Positions 30,403-40,854 of a DNA stretch of 64,000 nucleotides are shown here, one piece after another. A program made the position numbers and the translations under genes. A model generated the notes under the pieces. It made no database searches. It was not told where the DNA came from and worked only from the letters and a program-made list of their open reading frames with translations. Source of the stretch: an uncultured delta proteobacterium. GTDB taxonomy: Bacteria; Myxococcota; Myxococcia; Myxococcales; Myxococcaceae. Numbering within the stretch: position 1 is the first letter of the stretch; each line of letters opens with the position of its first letter. The stretch is taken from NCBI GenBank assembly GCA_963796055.1, contig CAWCKH010000004.1:768001-832000 (forward strand). The letters are read 5' to 3'.

Positions 30403-31884
30403 ATGCGTCCCACATCGATGGCGCTGGCGATCGGCGCCATGGCCGGACTCGCGCTCGCCGGCTGCGGCCGGAATCTCGGCGAGCTGATCTACAATGACAG
30501 CTTGCTGTGCGGTGACCAGACCCAGGCCTGCGCGCCGGACGGCGGGCGGTTCGACATCCACATCGTCGATCGCACCACCCTCGAGGTGGCCAATCCCTCC
30601 CTCCCCACCTTCGACATGGTGGCCAAGCCCGGAACCACCACCGTCGGCTTCGCCTACGTGCTGAAGAGCCCGCGGCAGGACTCGGGAGTGATCGCCATGT
30701 ACCCCGACGCCGGCCTCGTCGACTACGACATCATGTTCCAGGAGTACGACGTCGACGCCGGCGTGGGCTCGGGCGCGCAGCGGGTGCAGACGGTGCAGCG
30801 CTTCTTCGGGGTCACCGTGGCCTACCAGGCCAACGGTTCGCCCGCGGTGGCATACCTCGGTGGACCGCCCGACTTCACCGCTGCCTTCTGGTACCAGAAC
30901 GACGCCGCGGTCTCGTACTACACCGGCGGACGGTGGGTGGAGCAGGTGGCGGCGACCGACTCGTCGCCGCCCGCCTCCGGCTCGGCGCCGAGCGACAACG
31001 GCGACGTCGTCGGCTTCTACCCGGCCCTGATCTTCGAGGGAAACAACGCGGTGCTCGCCTACCGCGACGGCCACTTCGGCAGCTCCGCCGGCACCGGTGA
31101 CTGGAACGCGGCGGATCTGGAGATGGCCATCGGCGGCCCCACGAGCTGGACGCCGGTCGCCCTGCTCCAGGCGGGGAACTCCAAGGGCGCGGGCCGAGGC
31201 GGTTACGGCGCGCACAACCGCATCATCTACGGCGCCCAGACGCTGAGCTCCGGGCTCCGCGGAGCAGCGGTGGTCTCGGATCGCGCGGGGACCGCGCCCG
31301 ACACCTTCGGCGCCGACATCGAGTTCTCCGAGCAGCAGAGCGACGGCACCTGGAAGAGCTGCGGGGCGCTACAGCCGTTGACCAGCGTGGACACCCCGAG
31401 CATCCTGGGGGCCAACGGCGCGGCGATCCTCCCCAATACCCAGGCCGGTCCGTCCATCGACTACCGGGACAACTTCGGCTACGCGGTGGCGGTCACCAAC
31501 CGGAGCGTGAACGGCGCCTTCTTCACCGCCTGCGCGGCGAACAGCGACTGTACCCAGCCCGGGAACTGGGACACCCTCGACCCGGTGTTCCAGCGCGGCA
31601 GCGGCGGCTGGTACGCCGCGGCGGCGATCTCGCCCGACGGCGACCCCTCGGTCGCGTATTACATCTGCTCCAGCCAGCCCAACCGCAACGAGGGCAACTG
31701 CACCGGGGACGACTACCTGGCGGTGGCCAACCGCGGCCTGAGCCAGGTGTGGAGCGACCACGAGGTGGTGGTGGACACCGGTCCGGTGTTCCAGACCCGC
31801 ATGGTCTTCATCGGAAACCGCCGGGTCATCGGCTACCGCAACGGCGCCAGCGGCGTGCTGCAGCTCGCGGTCGAGAAGCCATGA
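30403..31884 (+). CDS. Hypothetical lipoprotein, probable beta-propeller
   Basis: Lipobox LAGC. Repeated P(A/S)VAYY/LAYRD blade-like motifs. Confidence 0.75.
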   Translation: MRPTSMALAIGAMAGLALAGCGRNLGELIYNDSLLCGDQTQACAPDGGRFDIHIVDRTTLEVANPSLPTFDMVAKPGTTTVGFAYVLKSPRQDSGVIAMYPDAGLVDYDIMFQEYDVDAGVGSGAQRVQTVQRFFGVTVAYQANGSPAVAYLGGPPDFTAAFWYQNDAAVSYYTGGRWVEQVAATDSSPPASGSAPSDNGDVVGFYPALIFEGNNAVLAYRDGHFGSSAGTGDWNAADLEMAIGGPTSWTPVALLQAGNSKGAGRGGYGAHNRIIYGAQTLSSGLRGAAVVSDRAGTAPDTFGADIEFSEQQSDGTWKSCGALQPLTSVDTPSILGANGAAILPNTQAGPSIDYRDNFGYAVAVTNRSVNGAFFTACAANSDCTQPGNWDTLDPVFQRGSGGWYAAAAISPDGDPSVAYYICSSQPNRNEGNCTGDDYLAVANRGLSQVWSDHEVVVDTGPVFQTRMVFIGNRRVIGYRNGASGVLQLAVEKP

Positions 31885-32390
31885 CCCGGGCGTCACTGAT
31901 CCTCGTTGCCGCGCTGGCGGTGGCCGCCGCCATGGCCTGCGGCAAGGGAGACAACTCGCTCGACGGGAGCCTCTCCGAGGTCTTCGACCTGGACGTCTCC
32001 ACCGTCCACGTGCTCCGCAACGACGAGGCCCTGGTGGTGAGCTACGAGGCCAACAAGGGCCGGGACATCGACCTGGTGCTCCGCTTCACCCTGGCGCTGG
32101 ATCAGCTGGAGCTGCAGAAGGGCAAGACGGTGAAGCTCGGCGGCTACACCGACGGTGGGGTCTTGCGTGCCACCTTCCTCCACAACGCCGCCGGCGAGCC
32201 GGCGCGAGTGCTCCCCGTGGTCTCGATCGGAGAGTTCACTCTCGACAAGGGCGGCAACCCGGGCGACGACACCAGCGGAAATTTCAGCACCTCCTTCGTC
32301 AGCGACGGCACCTACGGCAGTGGACGCGCCGTGTCGGGCTCCTTCCACGCCACCGCGCTCGACGCCGGATACGGCGACTGGATCCCCTGA
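31881..32390 (+). CDS. Small lipoprotein (paralog of 40851-41384)
   Basis: Lipobox MTRASLILVAALAVAAAMAC. Shares GSL.E..DL and GR.V.G.F.A with 40851-41384. Confidence 0.8.
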   Translation: MTRASLILVAALAVAAAMACGKGDNSLDGSLSEVFDLDVSTVHVLRNDEALVVSYEANKGRDIDLVLRFTLALDQLELQKGKTVKLGGYTDGGVLRATFLHNAAGEPARVLPVVSIGEFTLDKGGNPGDDTSGNFSTSFVSDGTYGSGRAVSGSFHATALDAGYGDWIP

Positions 32391-32428
32391 CGTGAGCAGC
32401 TGTGCGCCCTGCAGAGCGCAGGTGGGAT

Positions 32429-32443
32429 TGACGAAATTCGTCA
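32429..32443. promoter_or_regulatory. Perfect palindrome TGACGAA-A-TTCGTCA, candidate operator upstream of the glt-like operon
   Basis: AT-rich 7-1-7 inverted repeat in the intergenic region. TTGACA follows at 32467-32472 and TTTACT at 32491-32496. Confidence 0.5.
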
Positions 32444-32508
32444 GGGGAATCGGGTTGCTGGATGCGTTGACAGCTCTCCACAGCGTTCGATTTACTCGCG
32501 CTCGACCC

Positions 32509-33021
32509 ATGCGAGTCCGAACTGCGCTTCGCGTCGTGGCGCTCGTGTCCACGCTCGCGGGACCGACCGTGCTGCCTCCGGCGGCGGCAGCGGCGACGTC
32601 GAAGAAGGGGGCCGCGAAGTCGTCCTCGAAGAAGTCGTCGTCGAAGAAGTCGTCGTCGAAGAGCAGCGCAGCCAAGAGCAGCAAGAGCAAGAGCAAGAGC
32701 GCTTCCACCGCCAAGGCGACGCCGGCCAAGTCCTCCACTTCCAAGTCGTCCACCTCCTCGTCGGCGAAGGCGGCCTTCGATCCGGTGGCGCCCTCCACCT
32801 CCATCCCCGCCGCTCCGGCCACTGCCTCGGCCGGCGGCCCACCTCCGCAGCGCGGCCCCACCCGCATCGACTTCGACGACCGGCTCATCCAGGGCCAGAC
32901 CAACAAGTCGGGCGCGGTGTACCTCTACGACCGGAAGGAGCTGAAGCAGCGCTCGATGATCAAGAAGCGCGAGTCCTTCCGGGAAGAGATCGTCGGCGCG
33001 GTCTACGACTCCGAGCTCTGA
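32509..33021 (+). CDS. GltF/CglF-like small exported protein with a Ser/Lys-rich low-complexity tract
   Basis: Signal peptide. The C-terminal TRIDFDDRLIQGQTNKSGAVYLYDRK...SMIKKRESFREEI resembles the CglF/GltF core. Sits directly before a GltG-like gene. Confidence 0.7.
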   Translation: MRVRTALRVVALVSTLAGPTVLPPAAAAATSKKGAAKSSSKKSSSKKSSSKSSAAKSSKSKSKSASTAKATPAKSSTSKSSTSSSAKAAFDPVAPSTSIPAAPATASAGGPPPQRGPTRIDFDDRLIQGQTNKSGAVYLYDRKELKQRSMIKKRESFREEIVGAVYDSEL

Positions 33022-33022
33022 C

Positions 33023-35230
33023 GTGAGCGGCCAACCGGCAGTGCTCCAGGTCGTCATCTTGCGCGACGGGCTCCTGGTGGGGACGGAGGTCTTCGTGCCC
33101 GGCTCGTACGTGCTGGGCAGCTCGGACGACGCCGACCTTCGCCTGGAGGACGCGGCGGTGGATCCCCACCACGCGGTCCTCTACTTCCAGAACGGCAAGG
33201 CGGCGGTGCAGGACTCGGGCTCGGTGGGCGGGCTCTACGTCAACGGCCACCAGGTCACCGCCTGCGAGATCCGCTCGGTGGACGAGGTGGTGCTCGGGCC
33301 CTTCGTGCTCAAGACCCGGGTGCTCGGACCGCGGACCACACCCAGGACCACCCCGCCGCCCGAGGTATCGGCACTGCTGGGCAGCGTGCCGCCGGCGGCC
33401 ATCCCTCAAGTTCAGCCCATCTCCGCCCCGCGCCGTGCCGCTGCGCCCCCGCCGCCGCCGGCCGAGGCGGATGCCACCGTGCCCGCCCCGTATTCGACGC
33501 GGGGCCCGGTGCCCAACGGACACACCGAGGGACCCGGGACCATGCCCTCCGCCCGCCGGCGCAAGGGCAAGGCCCCGAGGCACGACGACGAGCCGCTCGG
33601 GCCGCTGCCCTCGCCGCTGCAGTCCGAGCCGCTGCCACCGCTGGACGCTTACGAGCGGCCGGCCGCGTCGGCACGCCCCGCCCCCGAGCGGCCCTGGAGC
33701 GAACCCGCCCCGGCCTGGCCTCACCCCGCCGCGGCTCGGGCACCGGTGCCGTCGCGTCCCCCGCTCGCCCCTCCCGCCCCGCCGCCCGCGGCGCTGGCTC
33801 CGGCGCCCGTCCGCCGTCCGGCCACCGCCGCTCCGCGCCGTGCTGCCGGTGGCACCGCACGCGGACCGCGGCTGTTCCCCGTTCCCACCAAGGGTGGCCG
33901 GGGCAGACCGCGCGTCTACTTCGAGCTCTACTGGCAGAACGCCCGGCAGGTGGCCCGCAGCTTCGGGCCCACCTCGCAGAAGAAGCCCATCACCAGCGGT
34001 CTGGCCGACGTGGCGATGGTCCCCTTCTACGGCTTCACCATGCCCGAGGGCTTCCCGATCGCCGAGTCCGCGGGGCGCGGCGCCTACCGGCTCTACCTGC
34101 CGCCCAAGGCGGATCTGGAGAAGCGCCGGAGCGACGGGCGATTCCTCCCGGCCGGCGGGGGCGAGGTCGAGTCCTACGACGGCCGGAAGTGCGTCCTCTT
34201 GCAGAGCGGCAACGCGGTCGCCCTCCGCGAGGGCGACATGACCTGCTTCGTCTACGTCGCCCCCCCGCCGGCGCGGACCTTCGTCAATCCGCTCCGGGGC
34301 AAGCCCTGGTTCTTCATCTTCCTCCTCCTGGCCTTCTTCGGCCCCACCGCGTGGTGGATCCTCTTCGGACCGCAAGGGCCGGAGCTGGCGGACTTCAACG
34401 CCCGGAACCTCAACCCAGTCGCCGTGCGGCTGATGGTGCCGAAGAAGGAAGAAAAGAAGAAGGAAGAGAAGAAGCCCGAAAAGAAGGAAGAGAAGAAGGA
34501 AGAAGCGAAGAAGGAAGAGAAGAAGCCCGAAAAGAAGAAGGAGCCGGAGAAGAAGGTGGTGAAGGCTCCGCCCCCGAAGACACCGCCCCCGCCGGTGCCG
34601 CCTCCGCCTCAGCCGCCGGAGAACGTGCAGAAGGCCCTGGCCAAGGTGAGCGCGGCCGGCCCGGCGATGAAGTCGATGCTCGCGGCGATCAACAAGCTGG
34701 GGCCCGGGGGCAACGCCGCGGCCTTCAAGCTCAACGGCCTAGTGGGCAAGGGTCCGGTGGCGAGCAACGTGGGCATGCCCGGGCTGGGGGTGGGCAACGG
34801 CACCGGCGGCGGTCGCGAGCTGCTGATGGGCAGGGGCGGCGGCGGGATCGGTGCGATGGGAGCGGGCGGAGTGGGGAAAGGTCCGGTGCGCGCCAGCGTG
34901 GCGCGCGCAGCCTCCGACCGTGTGAGCTCACAGGGGCAGATCGACAAGGAAGCAGTTGCCAAGGCGATCAACTCCCACCTGGCCGAGGTCCAGCGCTGCT
35001 ACGAGTCGGCGCTGCTGAAGAATCCTGGGTTGGCCGGCAAGGTCGTGCTGGAATGGAACATCTCAACCCAGGGCAGGGTGGTGGCCTCGAAGTCCAAGAG
35101 CTCCACCCTGAAGGACAGCTCGGTCGAGGCGTGCATCCTCCGCTCGCTCAACACCTGGCAGTTCCCGCCCGCTCGAGGCCAGTCGGTGATCATCAGCTAT
35201 CCATTCATCTTCAACGCGGTGGGCTTCTGA
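33023..35230 (+). CDS. GltG/PglI-like protein: FHA - Pro-rich linker - TM - Lys/Glu-rich - TonB C-terminal-like domain
   Basis: N-terminal FHA-like region, TM WFFIFLLLAFF, and a C-terminal VQRCYESALLKNPGLAGKVVLEWNI...CILRSLNTWQFPPARG..ISYPFIF domain. Confidence 0.85.
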   Translation: MSGQPAVLQVVILRDGLLVGTEVFVPGSYVLGSSDDADLRLEDAAVDPHHAVLYFQNGKAAVQDSGSVGGLYVNGHQVTACEIRSVDEVVLGPFVLKTRVLGPRTTPRTTPPPEVSALLGSVPPAAIPQVQPISAPRRAAAPPPPPAEADATVPAPYSTRGPVPNGHTEGPGTMPSARRRKGKAPRHDDEPLGPLPSPLQSEPLPPLDAYERPAASARPAPERPWSEPAPAWPHPAAARAPVPSRPPLAPPAPPPAALAPAPVRRPATAAPRRAAGGTARGPRLFPVPTKGGRGRPRVYFELYWQNARQVARSFGPTSQKKPITSGLADVAMVPFYGFTMPEGFPIAESAGRGAYRLYLPPKADLEKRRSDGRFLPAGGGEVESYDGRKCVLLQSGNAVALREGDMTCFVYVAPPPARTFVNPLRGKPWFFIFLLLAFFGPTAWWILFGPQGPELADFNARNLNPVAVRLMVPKKEEKKKEEKKPEKKEEKKEEAKKEEKKPEKKKEPEKKVVKAPPPKTPPPPVPPPPQPPENVQKALAKVSAAGPAMKSMLAAINKLGPGGNAAAFKLNGLVGKGPVASNVGMPGLGVGNGTGGGRELLMGRGGGGIGAMGAGGVGKGPVRASVARAASDRVSSQGQIDKEAVAKAINSHLAEVQRCYESALLKNPGLAGKVVLEWNISTQGRVVASKSKSSTLKDSSVEACILRSLNTWQFPPARGQSVIISYPFIFNAVGF

Positions 35231-35288
35231 ACGAGACGGCGTCGCTCGAAGCGGGCGGCGCCGACTCCCCCACCGTTCAGGACACGAC

Positions 35289-35939
35289 TTGAAACGAACG
35301 CTCTTGCTCCTGGTGTGCCTCGCTCCCGTCCTCGCCCACGCGCAGGGCGACGAACTGGAGAACCCGGGCACGGTGCTCGCGGTGCAGGACCGGACCTACC
35401 GGATGTCCAGCGAGCTGTGGATCGGTGTGGGCATCGCGCCGCTGGACGCGTTCTACAAGGGCCTGACCGGACAGGTCGGGTACGTGTTCCACTTCAGCGA
35501 CTCGTTCGCCTGGCAGATCGGACGCGGACTGCTCTCGTACAACATCAAGTCCGGCCTGCGGAACCAGCTGGAGACGCAGTTCGGGGTGAGCCCCACCGCC
35601 TTTCCCCAGCTCAACTGGATCGTCGGCTCGGACGTGATGTGGACGCCGATCTACGGGAAGACCTCCTGGCTCAACAGCAGCGTCGGGCACTTCGAGGTGT
35701 TCGGGACGCTGGGCGGCTCGGTGGTGAACGAGCGCATCGCCGCCGACGTGGCCAGCGGCACCGGGCAGACGGTGTTCCGCCCCGCGGTTCACCTCGGGCT
35801 GGGGGCCCGGGTCTTCACCAGCAAGAGCGTCTCCTTCCGGCTCGACTTCAGCAACGAGTTCGTCATCTACAAGGGCCTGGAGTCCAACATCCTCCTCGTC
35901 CAGCTCGCGCTGGCGCTGAACTTCGGCGGAACCGAATGA
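35289..35939 (+). CDS. Outer-membrane beta-barrel protein, GltA/B/H-like
   Basis: Signal peptide, AVQDR, PLDAFYK, YVFHFSD and WTPIYGK motifs, amphipathic strands. TTG start. Confidence 0.8.
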   Translation: MKRTLLLLVCLAPVLAHAQGDELENPGTVLAVQDRTYRMSSELWIGVGIAPLDAFYKGLTGQVGYVFHFSDSFAWQIGRGLLSYNIKSGLRNQLETQFGVSPTAFPQLNWIVGSDVMWTPIYGKTSWLNSSVGHFEVFGTLGGSVVNERIAADVASGTGQTVFRPAVHLGLGARVFTSKSVSFRLDFSNEFVIYKGLESNILLVQLALALNFGGTE

Positions 35940-37600
35940 GCGTCGCCCGGATGCAGCCGGCGACCGCGGCCGCGGTTGCGCTCCTGCTCGCGCTCCCGGC
36001 CCTGGCCCAGACCCCGGCCCCTCAGTCCATGCCCCCCGCGCCCGGGAGCAAGCCGCCCGTGGCCGTTGCCCCTCCCCCGACGGCGCCGCCTCCTGCCCAG
36101 GCGCCGCGCCCGCCGGGTGCCCCTGCCCCGGCCACGCCCGCCCAGGCCCCGGCTACCGCCCCGGCGCAGCCGGGCGCACAGCCTCCGGCGCCGCAGCAGC
36201 AAGCGGGCCAGGAGCAGCCCCCGGCGAAGGTAGATCCGAAGATCTTCGACGAGGCGCTCAAGGACTATTTCGACAACAGGCAGGAGCAGGCGGCGCGCAA
36301 GCTCTACGCCTTCATCGAGTCCACCCCGCCCACCGACGAGAACTATTCCTGGGCTCAGTACTTCCTGGCCCGCTGCCTCATCGACCTGAACCTCCGCCAT
36401 GCCGGCGCGGTGTACCTGGCCAAGGTGGCCCACGAGCGGAGCAATCCTCAAGTATTGCCCAAGACGCTGGAGGCGCTGAAGGTATTGACCCTCGTGCCGC
36501 ACGACGAGGTGCTGGTCGACGAGCAGATCTTCGGCTCGCTGGACCTCGGCTTCCTCCCCGAGAGCGTCAGCGACTACGCCAACTACCAGCAGGGCCTGGT
36601 GGACCTGCGAGTGGGGAACGAACGCTGGGCCAGGACCCACTTCGTCAAGCTGGACGACGGCGGCATCGAGGCCAGCCGCGCCAAGTTCGCGCTCCTGGTC
36701 GCCCGCCTGCGGAACGCCAAGGGCGTCGTCGACGATCAGATGATCGACGACTTCCTCGAGCTGTCCAAGGACGAGAAGCTCACCATGGAGGCGCGGAACG
36801 AGGCCCGGCTGGCGGTGGCCCGGCTGCGCTACGAGAAGAAGGACTACGAGGGGGCGCTCAAGGCCTACGACCTGGTGCAGCTGCCCTCGCTGGATCCCGG
36901 CCGGGCCACCCTGTACCTGGAGGAGGCCTGGACCCGGTACAACCTCGGGCAGCTGCGGGCGACCATCGGTCTGCTCACCACCCTGGACGCTCCCAGCTTC
37001 CGGGACGAGTTCCTCCCCGACAAGTACATCCTCCGCGCCCTGGTCTACCGCGACCTCTGCCAGTACCTCCCCGCCAAGCGCGCGGCGAAGGAGCTCACCC
37101 GGCGGTTCAGCGACTCGCTGGAGGCCATTCGCGAGCGCGACGACCTGACCCAGGACTTCCGGCTCCGCCGCGCCGCCAACAGCCACGGCTCGACCAGGCG
37201 GGCAGCGAGGTTCCTCGAGTCGTTGAACCTCGAGGGCGAGAACCTGGGGCGGCACGCCGGCGGCTTCGGCGATCGCCTCTACAAGCACCTCGGCCACGTC
37301 TACGACCTGGCCCACGCCGAGGCCGAGCGCCTCTACCAGCAGAAGCTCCGGGACGCGGTGCGCGAGGAGGCTGACAAGCTGCTGCGGGCCGACGAGCAGG
37401 TGCGGCTGATGGAGTACGAGGTGGGGCTCAAGCTCTACGAGCGGGTGAAGCGCGGGGCGAAGCTGGCCCAGCCAGAGAAGGAGCTCCAGCTCACCTCCGC
37501 GCAGATCGCCTTCAAGTTCACCGGTGAGTACTGGAACGACGAGCTCCGCAGCTACCGGGTGAGCATCCCCAGCCGCTGCATCGAGGAGGGCGCCCAATGA
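35936..37600 (+). CDS. GltC-like periplasmic TPR protein
   Basis: Signal peptide, Pro-rich N-terminus, LEEAWT, and a C-terminal F.GEYWNDELRSYRV.I.SRC motif typical of GltC/NfsC-like proteins. Confidence 0.75.
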   Translation: MSVARMQPATAAAVALLLALPALAQTPAPQSMPPAPGSKPPVAVAPPPTAPPPAQAPRPPGAPAPATPAQAPATAPAQPGAQPPAPQQQAGQEQPPAKVDPKIFDEALKDYFDNRQEQAARKLYAFIESTPPTDENYSWAQYFLARCLIDLNLRHAGAVYLAKVAHERSNPQVLPKTLEALKVLTLVPHDEVLVDEQIFGSLDLGFLPESVSDYANYQQGLVDLRVGNERWARTHFVKLDDGGIEASRAKFALLVARLRNAKGVVDDQMIDDFLELSKDEKLTMEARNEARLAVARLRYEKKDYEGALKAYDLVQLPSLDPGRATLYLEEAWTRYNLGQLRATIGLLTTLDAPSFRDEFLPDKYILRALVYRDLCQYLPAKRAAKELTRRFSDSLEAIRERDDLTQDFRLRRAANSHGSTRRAARFLESLNLEGENLGRHAGGFGDRLYKHLGHVYDLAHAEAERLYQQKLRDAVREEADKLLRADEQVRLMEYEVGLKLYERVKRGAKLAQPEKELQLTSAQIAFKFTGEYWNDELRSYRVSIPSRCIEEGAQ

Positions 37601-40600
37601 CCGGTGCGCTGCTCCTGGTGCTCCTCGCCCAGGCCAACGGCCCGCTGCTCCCCACGCTGGACAAGAGCGTGAACCCGGTGGTCACCAAGCAGCGGGAGAA
37701 GACCGAGTACGTGGAGAAGCTCAAGCGGGACATCTTCAAGGTGGACCGCTCGCTCATCGAAACCGAGCGGCTGATCGCCAAGAGCCGCAACGCCCCGTAC
37801 CTGCCTGACCTACAGTTCCGACTGGCCGAGCTCTACGTGGAGAAGAGCCGGTACGTGTACTTTCTCCAGGTGGAGCAGCGCGGCGGCGACAACAAGGGCG
37901 CCATCGTCAGTCCCGAGACCAAGCTGCTGAAGCAGAAGGCGGTGCAGCTCTACAACCGTCTGCTGCGCGAGTTCCCGGACTTCCACGACGCGGACAAGGT
38001 CACCTTCTACCTGGCACACGAGATGCGTGAGCTCGGTCAGTTCGACGAGATGCTCAAGACGCTGAACGAGCTCATCGCCAAGTACCCCAAGAGCCCGCTC
38101 CGGCTCGAGTCCGAGCAGATCATCGGCGATTACTACTTCGACAAGACCGACCTGGCCGAGGCGGAGAAGCACTACCAGGAGATCCTCAAGTTCCCCCAGA
38201 GCCCGGTGCACGACCTGGCCCGCTACAAGCTGGGGTGGATCCGGGTGAACCAGCAGAAGTTCAACGACGCGGTCACCTTCTTCGAGGGCGCCGCGGGCAG
38301 CGAGCCCCTGCCCGGGGTGGACAGCCAGAAGGCGCTCAACGTCAAGCGCGAGGCGCTGCTGGACCTGGTCTACAGCTACACCGAGGCCCGGCCGGCGAAG
38401 GGGGCCCTCCCCTACTTCGAGAAGCTCTCCGACAGCCGCACCACCTACGCCCTGGCCCTGGACAAGCTGGGGAACCGCTACTTCATCAAGCAGCAGTACG
38501 AGTGGGCCATCCCCGCGCTGCGGAAGCTGATGGAGATCCAGCCCGACCCGGACCTGGACATCGAGCGGGCGGAGAAGCTCTACGACTCGCTGAAGGCCGC
38601 CAAGGGCCGGGTGCCCACCCAGCAGGAGGACATCAAGTTCCTGGTGCGCGCGGCGGTGAACGTGAAGGTCGATCCGTTCAAGGACGACGGCACCCGCCGC
38701 AAGCAGCTGGTGGAGCTGGAGGAGCTGACCCGCGATCTGGCGACCCAGCTCCAGGCGCTGGCCCAGAAGACCAACGAGACCAAGACCTATCTGCAGGCCG
38801 CCGCGGCCTACAAGGAGTACCTCTCGCTCTTCCGGCCCGAGAAGTACGTCCGGGACATCATGCACAACCGGGCCGATGCGCTCTTCGCCGCCCACGCCTA
38901 CCCCGAGGCCGCCCGGCAGTTCGAGGAGCTGGAGACCTACGAGGAGCGGGCCAGGAACGCCGGCGGAGTGGAGGCCGCCGCCTACGGCGCGCTGCTCAGC
39001 CACTTCAGCGCGCTCAAGCCGGGCGAGGTGGACAGGATCACCGCGTTCGAGGTGGCCGACGCCCGCCAGGCCCTGAAGCTCGACGGGGCGAAGTTCATCA
39101 CCAAGTACCCGCGCAACCCCAACGCCCTCACCGTCAAGTTCAACATCGCCCGCGCCTACTACGACGACGGCGAGTTCGAGCGGTCGAGCCAGCTGTTCAC
39201 CGCCTTCGCCATGGAGTACCCCACCACCAAGGACGCCCCGGTGGCCGGCAAGCTCGCCCTGGACAGCCTGCGGCAGCTGAACGACTTCAAGGGCATCGAG
39301 GAGACGACCCGGAAGTTCCTGGGCAACGGCCAGCTCCCCGCCACCTTCCTCGCCGAGGTCCGCAAGTTCCAGGGGGAGAGCAAGGGCGAGGCCCTGGGCG
39401 AGCTCGCCCTGCAGAGCTCGGCCGAGACCGGCGACGTGGTGGAGGGCCTCCTCAAGGTCGCCTCGGAGAACAAGGGCGGCGACATTGCGGAGAAGGCGCT
39501 GTACGGCGCGTTCACCGCGGCGCGGGAGAAGAAGGACTACGCCAAGGAGCGGGAGATCGGCGCCAAGCTGCTCACCGACTTCCCGAGGACCGCCTACACC
39601 TCGGACGTGCTGGCCACCATCGCCCGCCACTCCGCGGAGGCCGGGCGCTTCTCCGAGGCCGCGCAGTGGTACGAGCAGCTCGGGGCCCGCATGGGCCAGG
39701 ACGCCACCGCCTACGACGGGTGGATGGCGGCCGGCCGGCTGCGGATGGTGCTCAACGACCTGTCCGGGGCGCAGAAGGACTTCCAGTCCGCGGCCAACGT
39801 GGGCGGCAACCGCCGCGGCGAGGCCCTGGCACTGCTCGCCCAGGCCAAGCTGAAGGGGCGGGATCTGCCGGGAGCGAAGGCCGCGGCGAGCCAGGCCCTG
39901 GCGGCGGACAAGACCAACCCGCAGGCCGCGGCGGTGCTCGCCGAGGTGGCGGCGACGCAGGGCGAGCGGCCGGACGTGCTGGCCAAGACGCTGTCCCCGG
40001 TGGTCAACGCCCCGAGCAGCCAGGGCGAGGACACCGCCAAGGCGCTCTGGTACCTGGGCGAGCTGCTCTACCGGAACTTCAAGGCCATCCCCGCCGACCA
40101 GATCGACCAGAAGGTGGCCGCGCTCCAGCAGCTGCAGGGCGTGTACAACCAGGCGGCCTCGATGGGCAGCTCGGAGTGGGCGGTGGCTTCGCTGTGGAAG
40201 CTGGGCCTGTCGCTCCAGTCGCTCGCCGAGGCGGTGGAGGCCACCCCGGTGCCGCCGGGGCTGTCCGCCGCCGACGCGCAGCAGTTCAAATCGGCGGTGA
40301 AGCAGCAAGTCCAGCCCATCAAGGAGCAGGCCGACGAGGCGTTCAAGACCTGCCTCGCCCGCGCCAGCCAGCTCGAGGTCTACGCGCCCGCGGTGCTGGG
40401 CTGCCGGACGCGGAGCGAGACTGCGCGCTCGCCGCTGCCTTCGCCGCCGGCCCCGGGCAACCTCCCCACCGGGTTCGCCGAGCTGCAGAAGAAGGCCGAG
40501 GCCGCCCAGGACGCTGCCTCGCTCGAGGCTCTCGGTCTGGCGTACCTCGAGGCACGGCAGATCCCCCTGGCGCAGCTGTCGCTCGCCCGGGCCACCGAGC

Positions 40601-40854
40601 TGGGCGAGTCGCGCAGCCCGGCCCAGAACGGGCTCGGGGTGGCGCTGCTCTACCAGGGCGAGCCGATGGCCGCCCGCGCCGCCTACGCCAAGGCGCTGGA
40701 AGCGGACCCGGCCAACGAGAAGGCGCGGGCCAACCTCGCCGCGCTCCGCTGTCGGTACGGCGACCAGGATGGCGCCCGGAAGGAGCTGGCGGGGATGAAG
40801 AGCGCCTCGCTGGCAGGGTTCGACGTCGATCCCGAGTGGAGGACCTGCCGATGA
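37597..40854 (+). CDS. Large TPR protein, GltD/AgmU-like
   Basis: PDLQFRLAELYVEKS, ARYKLGW and many TPRs over 1085 aa. ATGA-coupled to the upstream gene. Confidence 0.8.
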   Translation: MTGALLLVLLAQANGPLLPTLDKSVNPVVTKQREKTEYVEKLKRDIFKVDRSLIETERLIAKSRNAPYLPDLQFRLAELYVEKSRYVYFLQVEQRGGDNKGAIVSPETKLLKQKAVQLYNRLLREFPDFHDADKVTFYLAHEMRELGQFDEMLKTLNELIAKYPKSPLRLESEQIIGDYYFDKTDLAEAEKHYQEILKFPQSPVHDLARYKLGWIRVNQQKFNDAVTFFEGAAGSEPLPGVDSQKALNVKREALLDLVYSYTEARPAKGALPYFEKLSDSRTTYALALDKLGNRYFIKQQYEWAIPALRKLMEIQPDPDLDIERAEKLYDSLKAAKGRVPTQQEDIKFLVRAAVNVKVDPFKDDGTRRKQLVELEELTRDLATQLQALAQKTNETKTYLQAAAAYKEYLSLFRPEKYVRDIMHNRADALFAAHAYPEAARQFEELETYEERARNAGGVEAAAYGALLSHFSALKPGEVDRITAFEVADARQALKLDGAKFITKYPRNPNALTVKFNIARAYYDDGEFERSSQLFTAFAMEYPTTKDAPVAGKLALDSLRQLNDFKGIEETTRKFLGNGQLPATFLAEVRKFQGESKGEALGELALQSSAETGDVVEGLLKVASENKGGDIAEKALYGAFTAAREKKDYAKEREIGAKLLTDFPRTAYTSDVLATIARHSAEAGRFSEAAQWYEQLGARMGQDATAYDGWMAAGRLRMVLNDLSGAQKDFQSAANVGGNRRGEALALLAQAKLKGRDLPGAKAAASQALAADKTNPQAAAVLAEVAATQGERPDVLAKTLSPVVNAPSSQGEDTAKALWYLGELLYRNFKAIPADQIDQKVAALQQLQGVYNQAASMGSSEWAVASLWKLGLSLQSLAEAVEATPVPPGLSAADAQQFKSAVKQQVQPIKEQADEAFKTCLARASQLEVYAPAVLGCRTRSETARSPLPSPPAPGNLPTGFAELQKKAEAAQDAASLEALGLAYLEARQIPLAQLSLARATELGESRSPAQNGLGVALLYQGEPMAARAAYAKALEADPANEKARANLAALRCRYGDQDGARKELAGMKSASLAGFDVDPEWRTCR

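Noticed and set aside
32444..32459. Possible sigma54 promoter GGGGAATCGGGTTGCT before the gltF-like gene
   Set aside because: The GG-N10-GC spacing fits but the -24 box is poor, and a TTGACA-type promoter lies closer to the start codon.
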